From Lepidodermella squamata (Eukaryota > Animalia > Gastrotricha), in assembly GCA_047495785.1 (NCBI GenBank), contig JBLDXI010000026.1:1178001-1242000 (forward strand): a DNA stretch of 64,000 bases, written 5' to 3'. Position 1 is the stretch's first letter, and every line of letters starts with the position of its first letter. A model generated the notes under the pieces. The model saw only the letters and a list, made by a program, of their open reading frames with translations, did no database searches and had not been told where the DNA came from. The translations under genes were made by a program, and so were the position numbers. Positions 24,401-37,495 of the stretch are shown here, one piece after another.

Positions 24401-24658
24401 GACGATTTGACAGCGCCAACTTTACAGGCGTCACGGTTGACCGACCCGGATGCATCGCATCGAAAATTGTCCCTAGACAGCGATATTTGCGGATCTTTGA
24501 AGAAACAACCGCTTCAGCAGCCGAGACGTGCTTCAAATCCTAACATCATCTGTCACCCTGATCTGTTACGAAGCCACTTTCTGGCGCTTCGCATGAGTAG
24601 TCAAGCTAATATACCCGCTCTACTTGATCCACCATGTGACAACGCCTCGATGCTGTGA
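21441..24658 (+). CDS. Divergent MFS sugar-porter (SLC2/GLUT-like) transporter
   Basis: Six exons with sugar-porter signatures DKFGRRK, ELAPPKLRG, ESPRWL, DRAGRR, GPG, AEFF..QR and LPETSG, plus a long cytoplasmic tail. Confidence 0.85.
23717..23973 (+). repeat. Interstitial telomere-like repeat (TTAGGG/TTCAGGG variants) inside an intron
   Basis: Degenerate GGGTTA/GGGTTCA units ending in (TTAGGG)4 at ~23948-23971. Confidence 0.85.
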
Positions 24659-24819
24659 CAGAGAAATCATATTTTCTTGCTCTAAATTTTTTCGCCTCGT
24701 AAAATATACATTTATTTCTTAATTATTTGAATTAAAATTTGCGTGATATAAATTAGGATGTTCTGCATTGTATGACGTATCACTGTAATAAACCGGTATT
24801 TTCCGTGAATAAATCGTCT

Positions 24820-27800
24820 TCACTGCAAGTTGTCGCGTCGCTGCTTGTCAGATGTAATCCTAGCCTTGGTTGAATCGTGGCGTTTCAATCTGTCAAAAAT
24901 ATATTTAGTTGAATTTCAAGATTTCGAAACTTGAAGTTACACACATGAAGTAAGCGACTAAATAGATCGTGAATAGCAGAGCTGCCAATGAGACTGACGT
25001 GATAACTGCAAGCCGGATGGTCGAATCTGTGAAATAAAAAAAAGAAGATCTAAAACCGAGGTTCCAGCGCGAATTCTAGCCCTAAATTAAAAATTTCTAT
25101 GTCCTTCTATGTCCTTCGATCTTCCTTGATCGATGAAATCGATCCTGGAAATCGATATCGCTATTAAAATTGATTTTAATATTTCAAATTCAAGTACCTG
25201 AGATATAAGCTCCAAAAAATTTCCCACTTTGCTCGTTAGTTGGAACGGATCGAAGTGTAAAAGTTTCGATTCCCGAGTACCCGAAAGTTTGCTCAAGTTC
25301 GCGCTCCGCCACCATCTCGGCTACAGCAGATCGTAGTAGCACAAATATATCGTCGTCGCTGTATTTCTTTCGACTTCGAACAATGGTAACATTGAAATCG
25401 ACGTAGATCGAAAAGGCAGCAGGTACAATTTCGACGATTTTAACCCCATTTGCACTCAAACCGGATCGAGCGAATAAGGCTAGAATGTTACTTGTCACTA
25501 ATGACTCGACAATTTGCCGAATTTGAGAATTCTCAAGCTGATACGGAAGGTTGCCTGGGGTCAAGGTCAAATCAAAGGTAACTGGCTGGTTTGCATCAAC
25601 CACCTGTCGACGATTTCGTCGAAGTCCAAGATTCACATTTTTCAAAATTATCCTTGAAACACCGATGCGGCCATAAGACTCTAAAATCAATTGAAAACTT
25701 TGAATTTCAATCATAATTATGCGAAAATTACGATATTCGAACGGAAATTTTGCCACATCACTGCCGTTAACAGCCTCTGCGATGCCGGTCCCCAATGTGG
25801 TGGAAATACTTTGTAATCCAGTTGAAGTTATAATTTGAGTAGTTTCATCAGTTGAAATAATGTCAGTTGTAGTCGATGAGTCACTTTTCGTTGACGAAGT
25901 TCGCCCTTCGCTTTTTATCTCCGTTGAGGTGGACGATGGGCTAAGGAGCGTTGATGTACTTAACATGTTAGTTCTAGTCGATGAATCACTTTTGATTGGC
26001 GAAGATCGCTCTTCATTTTTTATCTCTTTTGAGGTGGACGATGATCTGGAGATCGTTGAAGTAATCAACTTCGATGTTGTAGACGAAATTAACTGTGAGG
26101 TTAGTTCCGTTTCGGTTGTCAAATCATCTGAAGTTGTAGGCTCAAAAGTGGTGGTAGATGCCACTTGTTCAGAACCAATATCGTAAGCTAGAAACTTTCG
26201 AATTTCGACCATTTTTGTCCCATTTTCATTTACGATACCGAATTTGACCTCATCATTAAAAATCGAGCTGATTTCAGCCTGAGTAACGCAAGGATACAGC
26301 GACTCGGACGATAGTGACCCATAATAAATCTGGAAAATGGAATCGGCCAGATTGATGCTTAACTCTAAGCGCATTGGGCCAGTTGGAGGTCGATTATTAG
26401 GATACCAACATTTTCCTAAGGATTGAATCGAAGATTCCGAACACTGAGTGGCTGAAATCCAGTTCTGATTAGCCTGAATTCGCAGAAAAGCTGAGTTTTC
26501 AATTCCGCAATCCGTACTTGGTTGTGAATCGACCATATTAGAGACGTAAATTGTCAATTCTGGGTCGAAAGAAGCAACCCATAGTTCGAGCCGAAAATAA
26601 AATCCAGAAGCCAAGTTCTGAAAAATCAGAATTAACCTCAATTTTAAAGCACGGACGTATCCCGCACATCTAATAATTTTTCCCGATGACCTAGATTTAA
26701 AGATATCTTACTTTTATTGTCCACATCGAACCAGTCGGTTTTATAGCAATAAAATTAGAAAGAAACGGAACAGCTTGTGGCGAGAGGCCGCGGCTACCAG
26801 GCTCAGATTTAACCAGGTCAAAAGTACGCTCAGCCAATGATGGTTCATCAAACGAGAAATCACTACGTAAGAGGGTCGAATCCTGGTTTCGCCCACTATT
26901 AGCTTTCCGACACATTTCTCCCAAATAATTTGAGCTAATTTCAGACGACCGGTAAATTTGTAGGCAGGCCAATTCGCCGAGAAAATTGGCGTCTCTTATC
27001 GGGCTGAAACCTAGACTGAAGCCCATTGCTGTCGATTGGTTATTAGCGGCGAAATTTAGCCGCATCGAGGCCGATTTGCCATTGCATTTCAACTCGATCA
27101 ATCGGGAAATGTGGTTGAAATGAAGGGATATTAAAGACCAATTAGTCAAATCGCAATCAACTGATAAAGCCGATTCAGACCCTGCTGCAGTTGCTATCAC
27201 TAATCGATTATTAGCGGCTATAAAAGCGGCTGATTGCTGACGTTGGGTTAAAAATTCGATAATCGGAGCGATTGTCGACGAATTCGTCCTGGCGTAGCAA
27301 GAAATAGTGATAGAAGTCGATGATATAGGGTAGGAATCGAATCTTGGAAATTGAAGGTAGTCGTAGGGTGACTTGAGCGCAACAGCCGAGCTGGTTGATC
27401 CGAATGGGCCGTCGACAAAAGCTAATTTAACCTGTTTTAAGGCTAAATTTCCGAGATAAAGCGGTAAGGAGCCGTGAAATCCTTTGCTGCCGATGTCTTG
27501 GAATAACGTCAAATCAGCGAGAGGCCAAAATCCGAGTAAACTCGCCGGGTAATTTTCCTCTGATGAAAATTTCGAATATTCGGAAAGTTTGAAAGTATTT
27601 CGATAAATTACCGTCGCAGTGTGTCCCTGTCCATGAATTGGGACACACGCAGGCTCCGCGGTAACAGGTACCACCATTGAGGCATTTTACTAAATTTTTT
27701 GGAAAAAAAATCAATTTTTTCCAGCGAACACGGACAGCGGGATTTTTTATGACGAATGCGGTTATATTCCTACATTTTGGGTTGTACGTTGGATGAAAGT

Positions 27801-28774
27801 CGGTGGCGTGGCCCAAAAAAAAACAATTTTTTGTAATCACGAGAGTGAAAAAATGACGCAAAACAACGCTTAGAAAGTAAATGGCTGGCCTAATTTGGAC
27901 CGGTGTCGGAATTAAAAGTAAAAAATAGGAAGATTTAAATCGCTTTCAAGTGCGGTAGGACAGACGGCTGATGACATGTGACGTAATGTTGACGGAGACG
28001 CAGGACTGTGCCGCTTTTTTCGCCTGGTCCTTATTGAAACCAGAAAATTCAAAAAGCCCAACCTCTGCATCAAAAAACAAATAATCGAACGCGATAATGA
28101 CCTTGGCTCATTATTATCGCGCTCGCGATGGTTTCAGGCAAAAAATCGGGGTAGTCTTGCGTCCGTCCTTGTATGGCTGACGATGGCGTCAAAACATCTA
28201 ATAGTTTTGTCTGAAATTACTCGATAGAAGCCTGAGAAAAGTAGGACTCGTACCAACGCCATTACGTCTAATTGGAAAACCCGAGCGCTCAGCACGGTCA
28301 CACAGAAAAAATTCGAAATAATCCGCTACTGAATTAACAGCTTTAGGTGAATGGCAAAAAAGTTTATATATATTATATGCAATTAATCTGCTAAAAAAGC
28401 AAACTGTGGGTTGATAAATCGGTTAGCCTTCAAAACCCGAAAACAAGAGAAGAGGAAAAGCAATTAGTTTCCTTATTACCTCCAATGCAGCATCCAACAA
28501 CAGGCACAGACCAGTTAAATTCATTAGTTCGTTGCGATTGGGTACAAGTCGTAGTCAGGATGGTTCCATTTTCACATTTAACGAACAGCTGTGTACCGTT
28601 TTCGAGCGTGAAATTTTCTGAAACTGCCAGTGAAACTGAGCTCAGGAGTTCCATCTTAGTTTCTGATGAATCACTTTCTGGAAGTTTGTTGCAGGCTGTT
28701 GAAGACGTAGCTCCACCTTTCAACAAAAAGCCGAAACAAAACGCTAAAATATTGATGGCTAACATTTTTTTCAT
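24820..28774 (-). CDS. Single-pass mosaic membrane protein: signal, CCP-like, EGF, LamG/ConA-like x2, S/T mucin stalk, SEA-like, TM, short tail
   Basis: Leader MKKMLAINILAFCFG; EGF CLNGGTCYRGACVCPNSWTGTHC; LamG-like LLGFWPL..FVDGPFG..FLGELACLQIY; S/T-rich stalk; RRNRR site; TM LAVITSVSLAALLFTIYLVAYF; ends RRDNLQ*. Exons at 27800-28350 were only partly resolved. Confidence 0.7.
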
Positions 28775-30431
28775 TTGATCAATCTTTATCACAACACTTC
28801 TACGTGATCTCGCCTGTATAATATTTACTGTCATGTTCTGGCACCGGATATTGCTTCGTTAGGTTATTGTATTTTTTGTGATTTCATCGATCATCTCCGC
28901 ATGTTACAGTTCAGCCTCGCGGGAGCTACCCAAGTCTGCCTAGAAAATAACTGGATTTTCGATGTCCCAAAAATAACGAAAAAAAACCGAGATAAATAAC
29001 ACGACAAATTTTCGTGACTGTCTCTGGTTTTAGCTGGAGTATCATTGGCAGAGGACGTGGCAGCACGTGGATTGGTGAGGAAAAAATAGAAAAAAATAAC
29101 ACGTGCGACTGCGGTTACTCAGCACCAGCTTTCGGCCACAATTTTTACTTCAATCGCGTAATCGGCTCATTTTTTCAGATTTATTCGCAAGCAAAAAGTC
29201 GATCAAAATTTGTTTACTTCCATCAGTACCCCAATCAATAATAGTCGAGTACTTCTTTTTATCATGAATCTTGAAAAGCATTATTTGAGGCTGTGATTTC
29301 TCGATTCATCTCGCGCGAGTTGGGTCACATTTTGTATAATTTCCAAATTTTCATAAAATTGAAAATAATTATTTAATAACTTTAAGAAAGGTGTCATCAA
29401 AAAATTAGGGTTGATATTTCACAGATTAAATTTTATCTCAAGTTCTACAAAATAAGATGGAGCTTATAACTTGGCCAATAGTGAACATTTCGATCGCAAT
29501 TATTGAATCTTAAAAATTAGTCATCATACTTTATTTATCAAAAACATTAGAAAATTGTATGTGCGGTAAATTTGGTCCTCGGAAACCATTTCCTACCATC
29601 TAATATCGAAAATCAGCAAAAAATTGTAGACCCCCTGATCGTCTAACACGCGCTGATGACTTGCGCTAATGAGCTATAGGATGAAGTAACAATGAAGCAC
29701 CGCGGAAAAAAGTAAACCGCGCTTGTCTAAATTTCGTGAACTAGGTGCAAAGCAGCAATTATCGAGCTACTTTACATCTAGGTCACTAGTGACAATCGAT
29801 TATCCGTCTTAATTTCATAAATCGCTACCGTTTAAATCATCTATCGCTAACTTCATGTGAAGCACGTTTAATTAGGTATTTACTGCTCTATTTTAGCAAT
29901 AAAATAATTAGCAACACATTATGATTGTGGGTATTGATGTTCCTTTCATCTTTATAGCTCTTGAGTGTTGCCATATTTAACCTCGTTATTTTGGTGGCGT
30001 AAAATCGCGTACGTTTTATGAGATGCCTATTTCCGTGCAAAAATGCGATACTAGGGTAAAATTTCGATTGTAGGACGCGCTCATTTTACGCTTTTCCCAT
30101 CCAATAAAACAAAGAATAAACGTGAAACCAATAGGTCAAAGCAATAAAAAAATTAACTAGGTTACAGCGGCACAAATTGTCCTCACTTATTTCACTGCAT
30201 CTGCCAAATTGCGCTTTTGCCGATGAAATATTCCCTAATTACCGGCCTCCTGTAGTATACGGCTACTTATGTTTATCGAATTCGATTCGATCATCTCGGT
30301 GATTTTCGGAGACAGGACCTTCTTAATCACCCCTTGCTCAAAGGTGGATTCCTACATGGTTTCCATCTGAAAAATAACAAAAAGCCAAGAATTTATCGTC
30401 CGGGTGAAGTTTGAAAGCAGCTGAATTCCAG

Positions 30432-30488
30432 GTACCTAAATACCACCCGCTAAAAACCGCTAAGCTTTAGCGGGTGGTAATTAGGTAC
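30432..30488. repeat. Short palindrome (probable collapsed MITE)
   Basis: gtacctaaataccacccgctaaa ... tttagcgggtggtaattaggtac: 23-nt arms with one mismatch. Confidence 0.6.
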
Positions 30489-30717
30489 AATCTTGTCCAG
30501 ATGTGTCGCATTACCTTTGAATCGCGGTCAATTAATTTTTGGACCATGGCAAAGCTCGGCTCGTGCTGATAGTTTTGAGTAATTAATTTTTAATAATTAA
30601 TTTTAGCATTACTTCTTTGTTACCCGCCCTCAACGCTGATATTTCTGGCGAATTTGTTAAGCAATTGCTCAAAAGGACATTCATAAAAATTTTCTACTCC
30701 TGGGTTCCGTCTAATTA

Positions 30718-31066
30718 CCGTCAACTGGCGTGACTTTAAACAGTTGGGTCACTTTCGACTAGCCAAAATGGGGTGACTTGGGCATTTCAAAATTCGAAGG
30801 TAAGATAAAGACCCTATGACTGGGGTACCGTTGGATAGCCTTTAGGATAGGAAATCCGAAAATTTTCTTTGGTTTCCATTTTGATCTGGAGGCTTCAATT
30901 GAGCAGTCACCGAAGTTTTAATGAAACTATACATTTTTCGAGATTTTCCCGAAACTTTACCTGTTATTAAATGACCCTAAATGGGCTGTATTGATATGCA
31001 TTTTACACATACAGGCTGGCCTTTCCTTGGGCATATTAAAGTTGCCCAAAGTCACTCAGTTGGCGG
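30718..31066. mobile_element. Tc1/pogo-type MITE
   Basis: TA|CCGTCAACTGGCGTGACTTT ... AAAGTCACTCAGTTGGCGG|TA: TIRs with TA duplication. Confidence 0.7.
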
Positions 31067-31686
31067 TAGCCCTTGACCATTTTTGAAAACATATTTACGG
31101 GCATGAATTAAGCTCAGGTTACGTTACCAGGTGTCGGTAACTTACTGAAGATTTTTTTCTAAAAAGTATCGCTGGCATCGCCATTTTTTTCTTGTGATCT
31201 GTTGCTGCTTCAAGAATGCGGGTATGGCAAATTTTAATTAATCCGCGAAACACTCGACTTGGGAATGCAATTGTCCTACGGCAATTAATGTCATCCAGGT
31301 CTTGTAGTTTATTTGAACTAATCTCATTTTGTTCGAAGACATAGAAAATAATACCCAGTCCTGACGCAATACGTAGCTATAGTAAAGATAAGGACTCTGT
31401 TGCAATTGTTTACTGAGGTTTATTTTCATTAATGTGGAATTCGAAATCGGTGTCAGGTCGCAGCTCTGTTCTAGCCGGGTCCGCTGCGCGACCTTGTTGG
31501 GAGGACACACGCTACTAAAATCATGGCATTGTACCACGTGCTAACGTTTAAAATAGTAAACCACGTTCGTACAAAAAATTACTCAGATTCCTAATAAATG
31601 ACAAGTCGCTATAAAAAAAAACCATTACTTTTTTCCTAGATTTTTTTCTATAGCATTGAAATTGAAGCGTGACATCTATTACAAAA

Positions 31687-34600
31687 ATGTTTACCGCCGC
31701 TTTCCAATCGAAGGAAGCAAATGATGAATTGGATGCATATCAACATTTCCAGAGGCAGTTTATGCTAGCTACTGGTGGCGAGGCGGCTTTCAACCTGCAA
31801 CAGGCTTTGGCGACCCCTTCTCAGGTCCTTGGCATGAATCATCAACTCAACCGCGAAGCATCGATAGTTGCAGGGCGGCCAATGTCGCAGACTCGAACGA
31901 CTACTACGAGAAGCCAGGATGATTCAGCGCTAGATCTATCGGTTCCTAGGAAAAGGTTAATTTTAGAGGTCATACTACGTATTAATTAATAATTAAGGCG
32001 GGAAATTCATCGAATATGTGAAAAATGCGCCTTAACGGTAGTATAGGACACCTTAGGCTTTGCAGGTGAGTGCATTTTCATGATTGAACGTTACACACAT
32101 CGGTCGTCACATCGGCTTTCGCTTTACATTGAACTCCAATCAATGCTTTAATCAATTTCAGAAAAATAAGTGAGACTTTGTATGTCGTTTTGGAAATCTC
32201 CCTTATATCTTTGAATCATAACAATTTAAAACGAGAATCGCCATGGGTATTCATTTACTAGAGTTACCACGTAGAGTATAAGTAGGGCATCTATGTCGTA
32301 TACCTATAATAGGCCATGAGTCTGTTGTCGGGTGGTTTCGCACTGTACAAATACGCCACCGGTTTTCTTCATCATTTTCTTCGTAAAAAAATGCAACCGA
32401 TTCGCCTTTCGACTAAATCGCCCTTGACACTTCAGTCACGACAACTCCGCACCGAAAGCTCCCCAATATGAATTTTAAAGTAATTAATTGATCATTTTGT
32501 CAACGTAAACTCCGCAAGAGCCGAATTTGTTCAAATTCTAGAATTTTATTCTATTAATTGAAATGATTTTCATCACGTCAACTCCGCAAACGATCATTTC
32601 AGATAACGAAAAGCCTGCAAAATATTTATTTTTGGTTATTTATATGGTCGGGTGTCAAATAAGCCCCGACTAGTGCGCTGCTTAAGTTTGCGTCCCGTCA
32701 AATGCGCCCGCGACATTTTAGCTGGCGACGAAGTAGTAAAAATAATTTAATTGATTAAAAATATTAAAGCCGTCATTATAGTTGGAAGCGGGCGGAAATG
32801 TAGCCAGCCAACGAATTTAATTAATGTAATTTAGACCTGTAACACAAACGATAGAGGTGCTTGCGAGCCTGTGCACACGCGACAAATTCGCCCAACAATG
32901 GTTTGGGCGCTATATAAGCTGCCCTCGCTTAGATTTGTCATAATGCAAAATTATGTAAATTGAAGCTCGAAAACTAGCAAAATTTAGCCTTCTATTCGAG
33001 ATAGGGTGCGATCTTGTATTGTAGAGCTGTAGTATGCGGTCTTATAACTTGAATAAAATGTACAGAGTGGCTATTCGTACATATATATGTACCCCATTTT
33101 GGCTATTCGTACATATATATGTACGTCATTTTGGCTATTCGTACATATATATGTACGCGAAAATGGCTATTCGTACATATATTTTTGGAAAAAATTTGAA
33201 CTGATGCCATTTGTACAATTTTTGAGATAACACGTTGAATTTTACTACAGATCGGAAATTGGGTGAATTTAGAACCCTGAATTTTTCAGCTCCGTGGGCA
33301 CATCCCTAAGGAAACTAGAGGGGTAAATGATGAATCGGTTTTAGGCCCATCCCGAAAGGTAGGTTTGTCCCAGCATGTCAATCTTTTTGGCACAACTTCT
33401 GCACAATTAGGCACATCTTTCCCTAAATTCTCAAGTCTCTGTGAGCTACCGTTAAAATTCAGCATCGAATTCAATATCATCGAAAAATCAGCTGAAAATA
33501 TGTACGAATAGCCATTTTCGCGTACATATATATGTACGAATAGCCATTTTCGCGTACATATATATGTACGAATAGCCATTTTCGCGTACATATATATGTA
33601 CGAATAGCCAAAATGGCGTACATATGTATGTACGAATAGCCGCACTCTAAAATGTAATTCTACTTAGTTTTCCTGCATTCCTGTGTCGCTTTATGAAATG
33701 TCGCCAGCTATTTCGCGAAGAAAACTGTTATTTTCTCAAGGTCAGCGCTATTGTCGCAGGCGAAATGGTCGCCTGCTATAATGTCACCCAAAGAAATTCA
33801 AATAAGGCTATTTTGTCGCAGGCTAATTTGTCGTTGGCGTTTTAGGGATAACTTGTCGCCGGACTGAATTTTCGGGGCGCAATCTTTTCGGACTTTCTAA
33901 TCGCGCACCGATTTGTCGCCACACCTTATTTATTTAATCTTCCGACTCCACCGTAGTCCACTTGGATTGGTTGAATACGCGTAGTTGAATAGCGAGAGTT
34001 AGGGTTAGCATTAGGTTTATAGTTTGGAATGCTTCGTTTTCGATAATTCACTGATTAATTTTACGGAGTTGCCGTTATCTGAATTGATCGTTTGCGGAGT
34101 TGACGTGATGAAAATTAGTTCAATTCATTGAATTAAAATGTTAAATTAGAATAAATTTGGTTCTTGCGGAGTTTTCGCTGCCAAAATGAATAATATATTT
34201 TTATTTGCGGAGTTTTCGCTATCTATATTGACGCTGCGGTTTAGTCGTAGATCCAACCGATTAATGATTTTCTTTAAAATTCGACCCCTTCCAGAGCACA
34301 CACTTGGAACTCAGAAGGCCAATGAGTGTTGAAAATATCCCGCCAATCATCCAAAGCTGAACAAACATTTTGCCAAAAATCAGGAAAATCCAGTACAATT
34401 TTAGGAAATTCGAGAAAAATCGCATTTTTATTTAAATTTAAGAATTAGTTCAATGATTACTGGTAGATGCGCCTAATCCACATCCTATACTTGAAATAAG
34501 AAATTCCTAGAAGAAACTAGAGAAAGCTACCAGTTTGCTAGGATGAGGTGAAGTAACTGTGGCAAAGCTACTTTGAATGTCGACTAGTTATAGATTTTTC

Positions 34601-37495
34601 AACTTTTATGGCTGTAAAGATGTATTTTTGAATGGGTCGTACTTTCAGCGGAACCAAATATCAAGTCATTAATCCGCCAAAAATGTAATTCTGAATTTTC
34701 TGGAATTTCAAGATTTATTAGTTTAAAAATCCTAATGAATTACGCTGATATTCTCCGCATTTACCTGACAAGTTCTGACACTAAATTTCGATGGCGACAC
34801 TGTAAAAGCAACCTAGAGCCGGGATGGAAAACACAAAAGTTTATTTATCAAAACAAGGAACAAAGTACTTACCTAGAGCCGGGATGGAAAACACAAAAGT
34901 GAAACTTCCCACCCCCGGCCCTAGACCAAAAACTCCAGCCGCACCAGGCGGTCCTTTTTCTCATTTCATATTCACATCTTTATCAACATCACATATCACT
35001 CCCACTTTGGTCGATCTCTCCACTTTCTCTCCACCGCCCTCAGCCTAATTTAGACCAATCAATTTTCGTAATTTCTCGAAAATTCGATAGGGGACCGGTT
35101 TCGTGAAGAGATCGGCCAACATTTTTTCCGTTGACATCCACTTCACAATAATTTCACCATTCTCAACCAACTCTTTAATTGAAAATAGCCTGATTCTTAC
35201 GTGTTTTGGGCGGCGCCCTGCGTCGGACATTACATGATCATTGACCAAAATGACTGAGGCTTGGTTGTCGCAGTAAACGACAGTGGCAGCTTGCGGGACG
35301 TTAAGGATTTCGGAAATGAAACTCGCAGCCCAGGATGTTTCACGTACCACGTCGGAAAGCGCTATCAATTCCGCTTCTTGAGTTGATCTCGCAACGCAGG
35401 GCTGCTTTCGCGAGGCCCAACAAACAGGCCCTCAACATCACATATCAGACACAGCAATGATCTAAAAATTATTCGGAAATGCTACCGTTCATATGTGTAT
35501 GTATTGGACATTGAGGAGAAAATGCCCATTCTGTCGATTTTCGTTTTGATTTTCACTAATTTTTTGCTGCGAATCTTTGCCTCAAACTTGCCTGCTGCTA
35601 CGTCGAAGAATTGCGCAATGGCTCGAGCCATTCGAGCTATCGGTTCATCAAATCAACTCTACTCGGTGAGCGAGTTCGGCTCATGGCAAAAAATCCGACA
35701 AACAATCTGATCACTAGATCGATGGCAAGCTCAATCATGCCGTCGATCCCGTTCGAGTAAACTTGTCGTTAAACCGTAGTTCGGGCCAGTAACGAAATCT
35801 GATGGAACGGTACGGAATCCAGGGCGCCATTGTAGTAATTTCGAAGAGGAATGCTGTCCGATTTTTTTCGGACGACTGCTGCTCGAATTTTGCGATTATC
35901 CTGGATTTCCATCAACATGGGGGCTGAGTGCTGCTTGATTTCCTCTCGGCCGAATTCTGCTATATTTTCTAGGTATACAGGGTGAATGCTGCTCGATTAG
36001 CGAGCCATGCAAGCTTCCCATGAGCTCAATCGATGTTAAATAATATAACCCATTTTGGTTCCTCTGGTTTCTTGGATTTCATTAGTTTTAAGGGTGTGAG
36101 CTTGAATTGTCTAATATGCGCACCTCCTCAAAAAATCAACTGTCCAATATGTGAAAAACATTCAGTGTGTCCCATAAGTAACGCAAGCAAAGAAAATACT
36201 CGGAAATAGGCTTCAGAAACTCTAAATTAAGAGAAGGCAGAACATTTTGGACAGAACTTTTTAAAAAAATTCAAAAATTCACGAGAATAGTAATAAAAAG
36301 TCACTGGTTAATGGCATTAAAAAGTCCGGAGAAATGTTGTCCAACCGGGTAAAATACCGAAAATTACCGAACCAGTTACAATCGGGGTTTTCCGGGTTTT
36401 CTCCGGTTAAATCGCTGATAAAAGATGGAATATTCGCTAGCAAGGTTTAATTTGATAAAATTAGTTGAATTTCTTTAAGAAAATTGCCAAATGAAACAAG
36501 CTTTTTATATTTATAGCCCCAAAATATTTATCCCTAACATATACTTCGCTTATGGCTGTGATATTTTCGCGTTTGGGTTCCGCTAACAAATATTCTGTTT
36601 TTATTACAATTCAAGGTAACTAATTTCGAATTTCGAACCAAGGCGTGGATTGTGTTTGCCTTTAATCCCAAACGATATTCGCAATTTCTGTTGAATAAAA
36701 CTCAAATTTTGCTAAATATTCTATGTTTTAAATTCCAAGAATTTTAAATTTATTTATTCATACAGGATGAATATTTCGCAAGAAGAAACTGCTGATCTGA
36801 GCGTTCACCGGCGGTCCAATGGCGTGGCTCCTGTACCATCGCTGCCTCTACCATTTTTCGGCTTCAATTTTCTCAACAACTCGCCCGGAATGCCCCAACA
36901 CTCATCGCCTATCCGCGGCTTCCAGCCTACTGCCTCATCGCTACTGCTCAACTCGGCTTTCCGCGATTTCCCAACTTCTAATCCCAACATCATGAACGAC
37001 TTCATCTTCAACAACACGCGGCAAGAAGGCCCTGGCTATAAATGCGATCAATGCGACAAAATTCTACCGACGCGGGTCGGGTTGAAACGCCACGCCTTCT
37101 ACCACAACCGGCACTCGATCAGCGCCGACGATTGCCCGTTCAAATGCGAAAAATGCCCGGCCGTTTTTCAGTATCGAACCAGCCTCGAGTACCACCGCGT
37201 TTCGCACAAGCTCGACGGCTCGGAACGCCTGCCGAACGGCCTGTACAAGTGCTTCGATTGCGATGCGATTTTTACGGGGCTGAAAATGTTGAAACGGCAC
37301 AAAATGCGCCGCATCGGCAGCGCGAATGGCGCGCCGAAATTCGGTTCCAGTTTCAGCTGTTCCGGCCTGAGTGCTAACAGCACTGTCGATGACTCGGGCC
37401 TGCCTGATGATGAGGAGGAGGAGGACGTTCACAGCAGTGATGTCGACATTATGAGCGCTGATTCGCCCCAAACGCAAATCGATGAGTCGGTGTGA
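31687..37495 (+). CDS. C2H2 zinc-finger transcription factor with CtBP-type motifs (2 exons: 31687-31955, 36766-37495; 332 aa)
   Basis: Phase-compatible AG|gt..cag|G junction. ALDLS and TADLS motifs, two complete C2H2 fingers plus a third lacking the last His, acidic tail. Confidence 0.75.
32403..34253. mobile_element. MULE-like long-TIR element with 9-bp target duplication, containing nested insertions
   Basis: Inverted arms ~32403-32610 / ~34070-34253 (tcatcacgtcaactccgcaaacgatca / tgatcgtttgcggagttgacgtgatga), flanked on both sides by CAACCGATT (32394-32402 and 34254-34262). Confidence 0.7.
33063..33649. mobile_element. MITE with inverted arrays of 32-bp subterminal repeats
   Basis: Starts TA|CAGAGTG, then 3-4 copies of ggctattcgtacatatatatgtac.., mirrored as gtacatatatatgtacgaatagcc at the right end, ending CACTCT. 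Confidence 0.8.
34801..36035 (-). mobile_element. Ty1/copia LTR retrotransposon remnant (RNase H plus 3' LTR)
   Basis: Minus strand WASRKQPCVARSTQEAELIALS..YCDNQAS..KHVRIR..MLADLFTKP (copia RNase H), stop, purine tract GAGGGCGG, LTR TG..CA at ~35033-34801 with an internal 30-bp direct repeat. Right boundary uncertain. Confidence 0.8.
36163..36490. mobile_element. Tc1/mariner-type MITE (family copy 2, right TIR missing)
   Basis: CAGTGTGTCCCATAAG start and internal sequence homologous to 114-463. Confidence 0.75.

Noticed and set aside
33068-33645. 32-bp repeats as a CRISPR array, or the 119-aa YIYMY ORF as a protein
   Set aside because: No unique spacers and no cas genes; the repeats are inverted at the two ends of a MITE in a eukaryotic intron.
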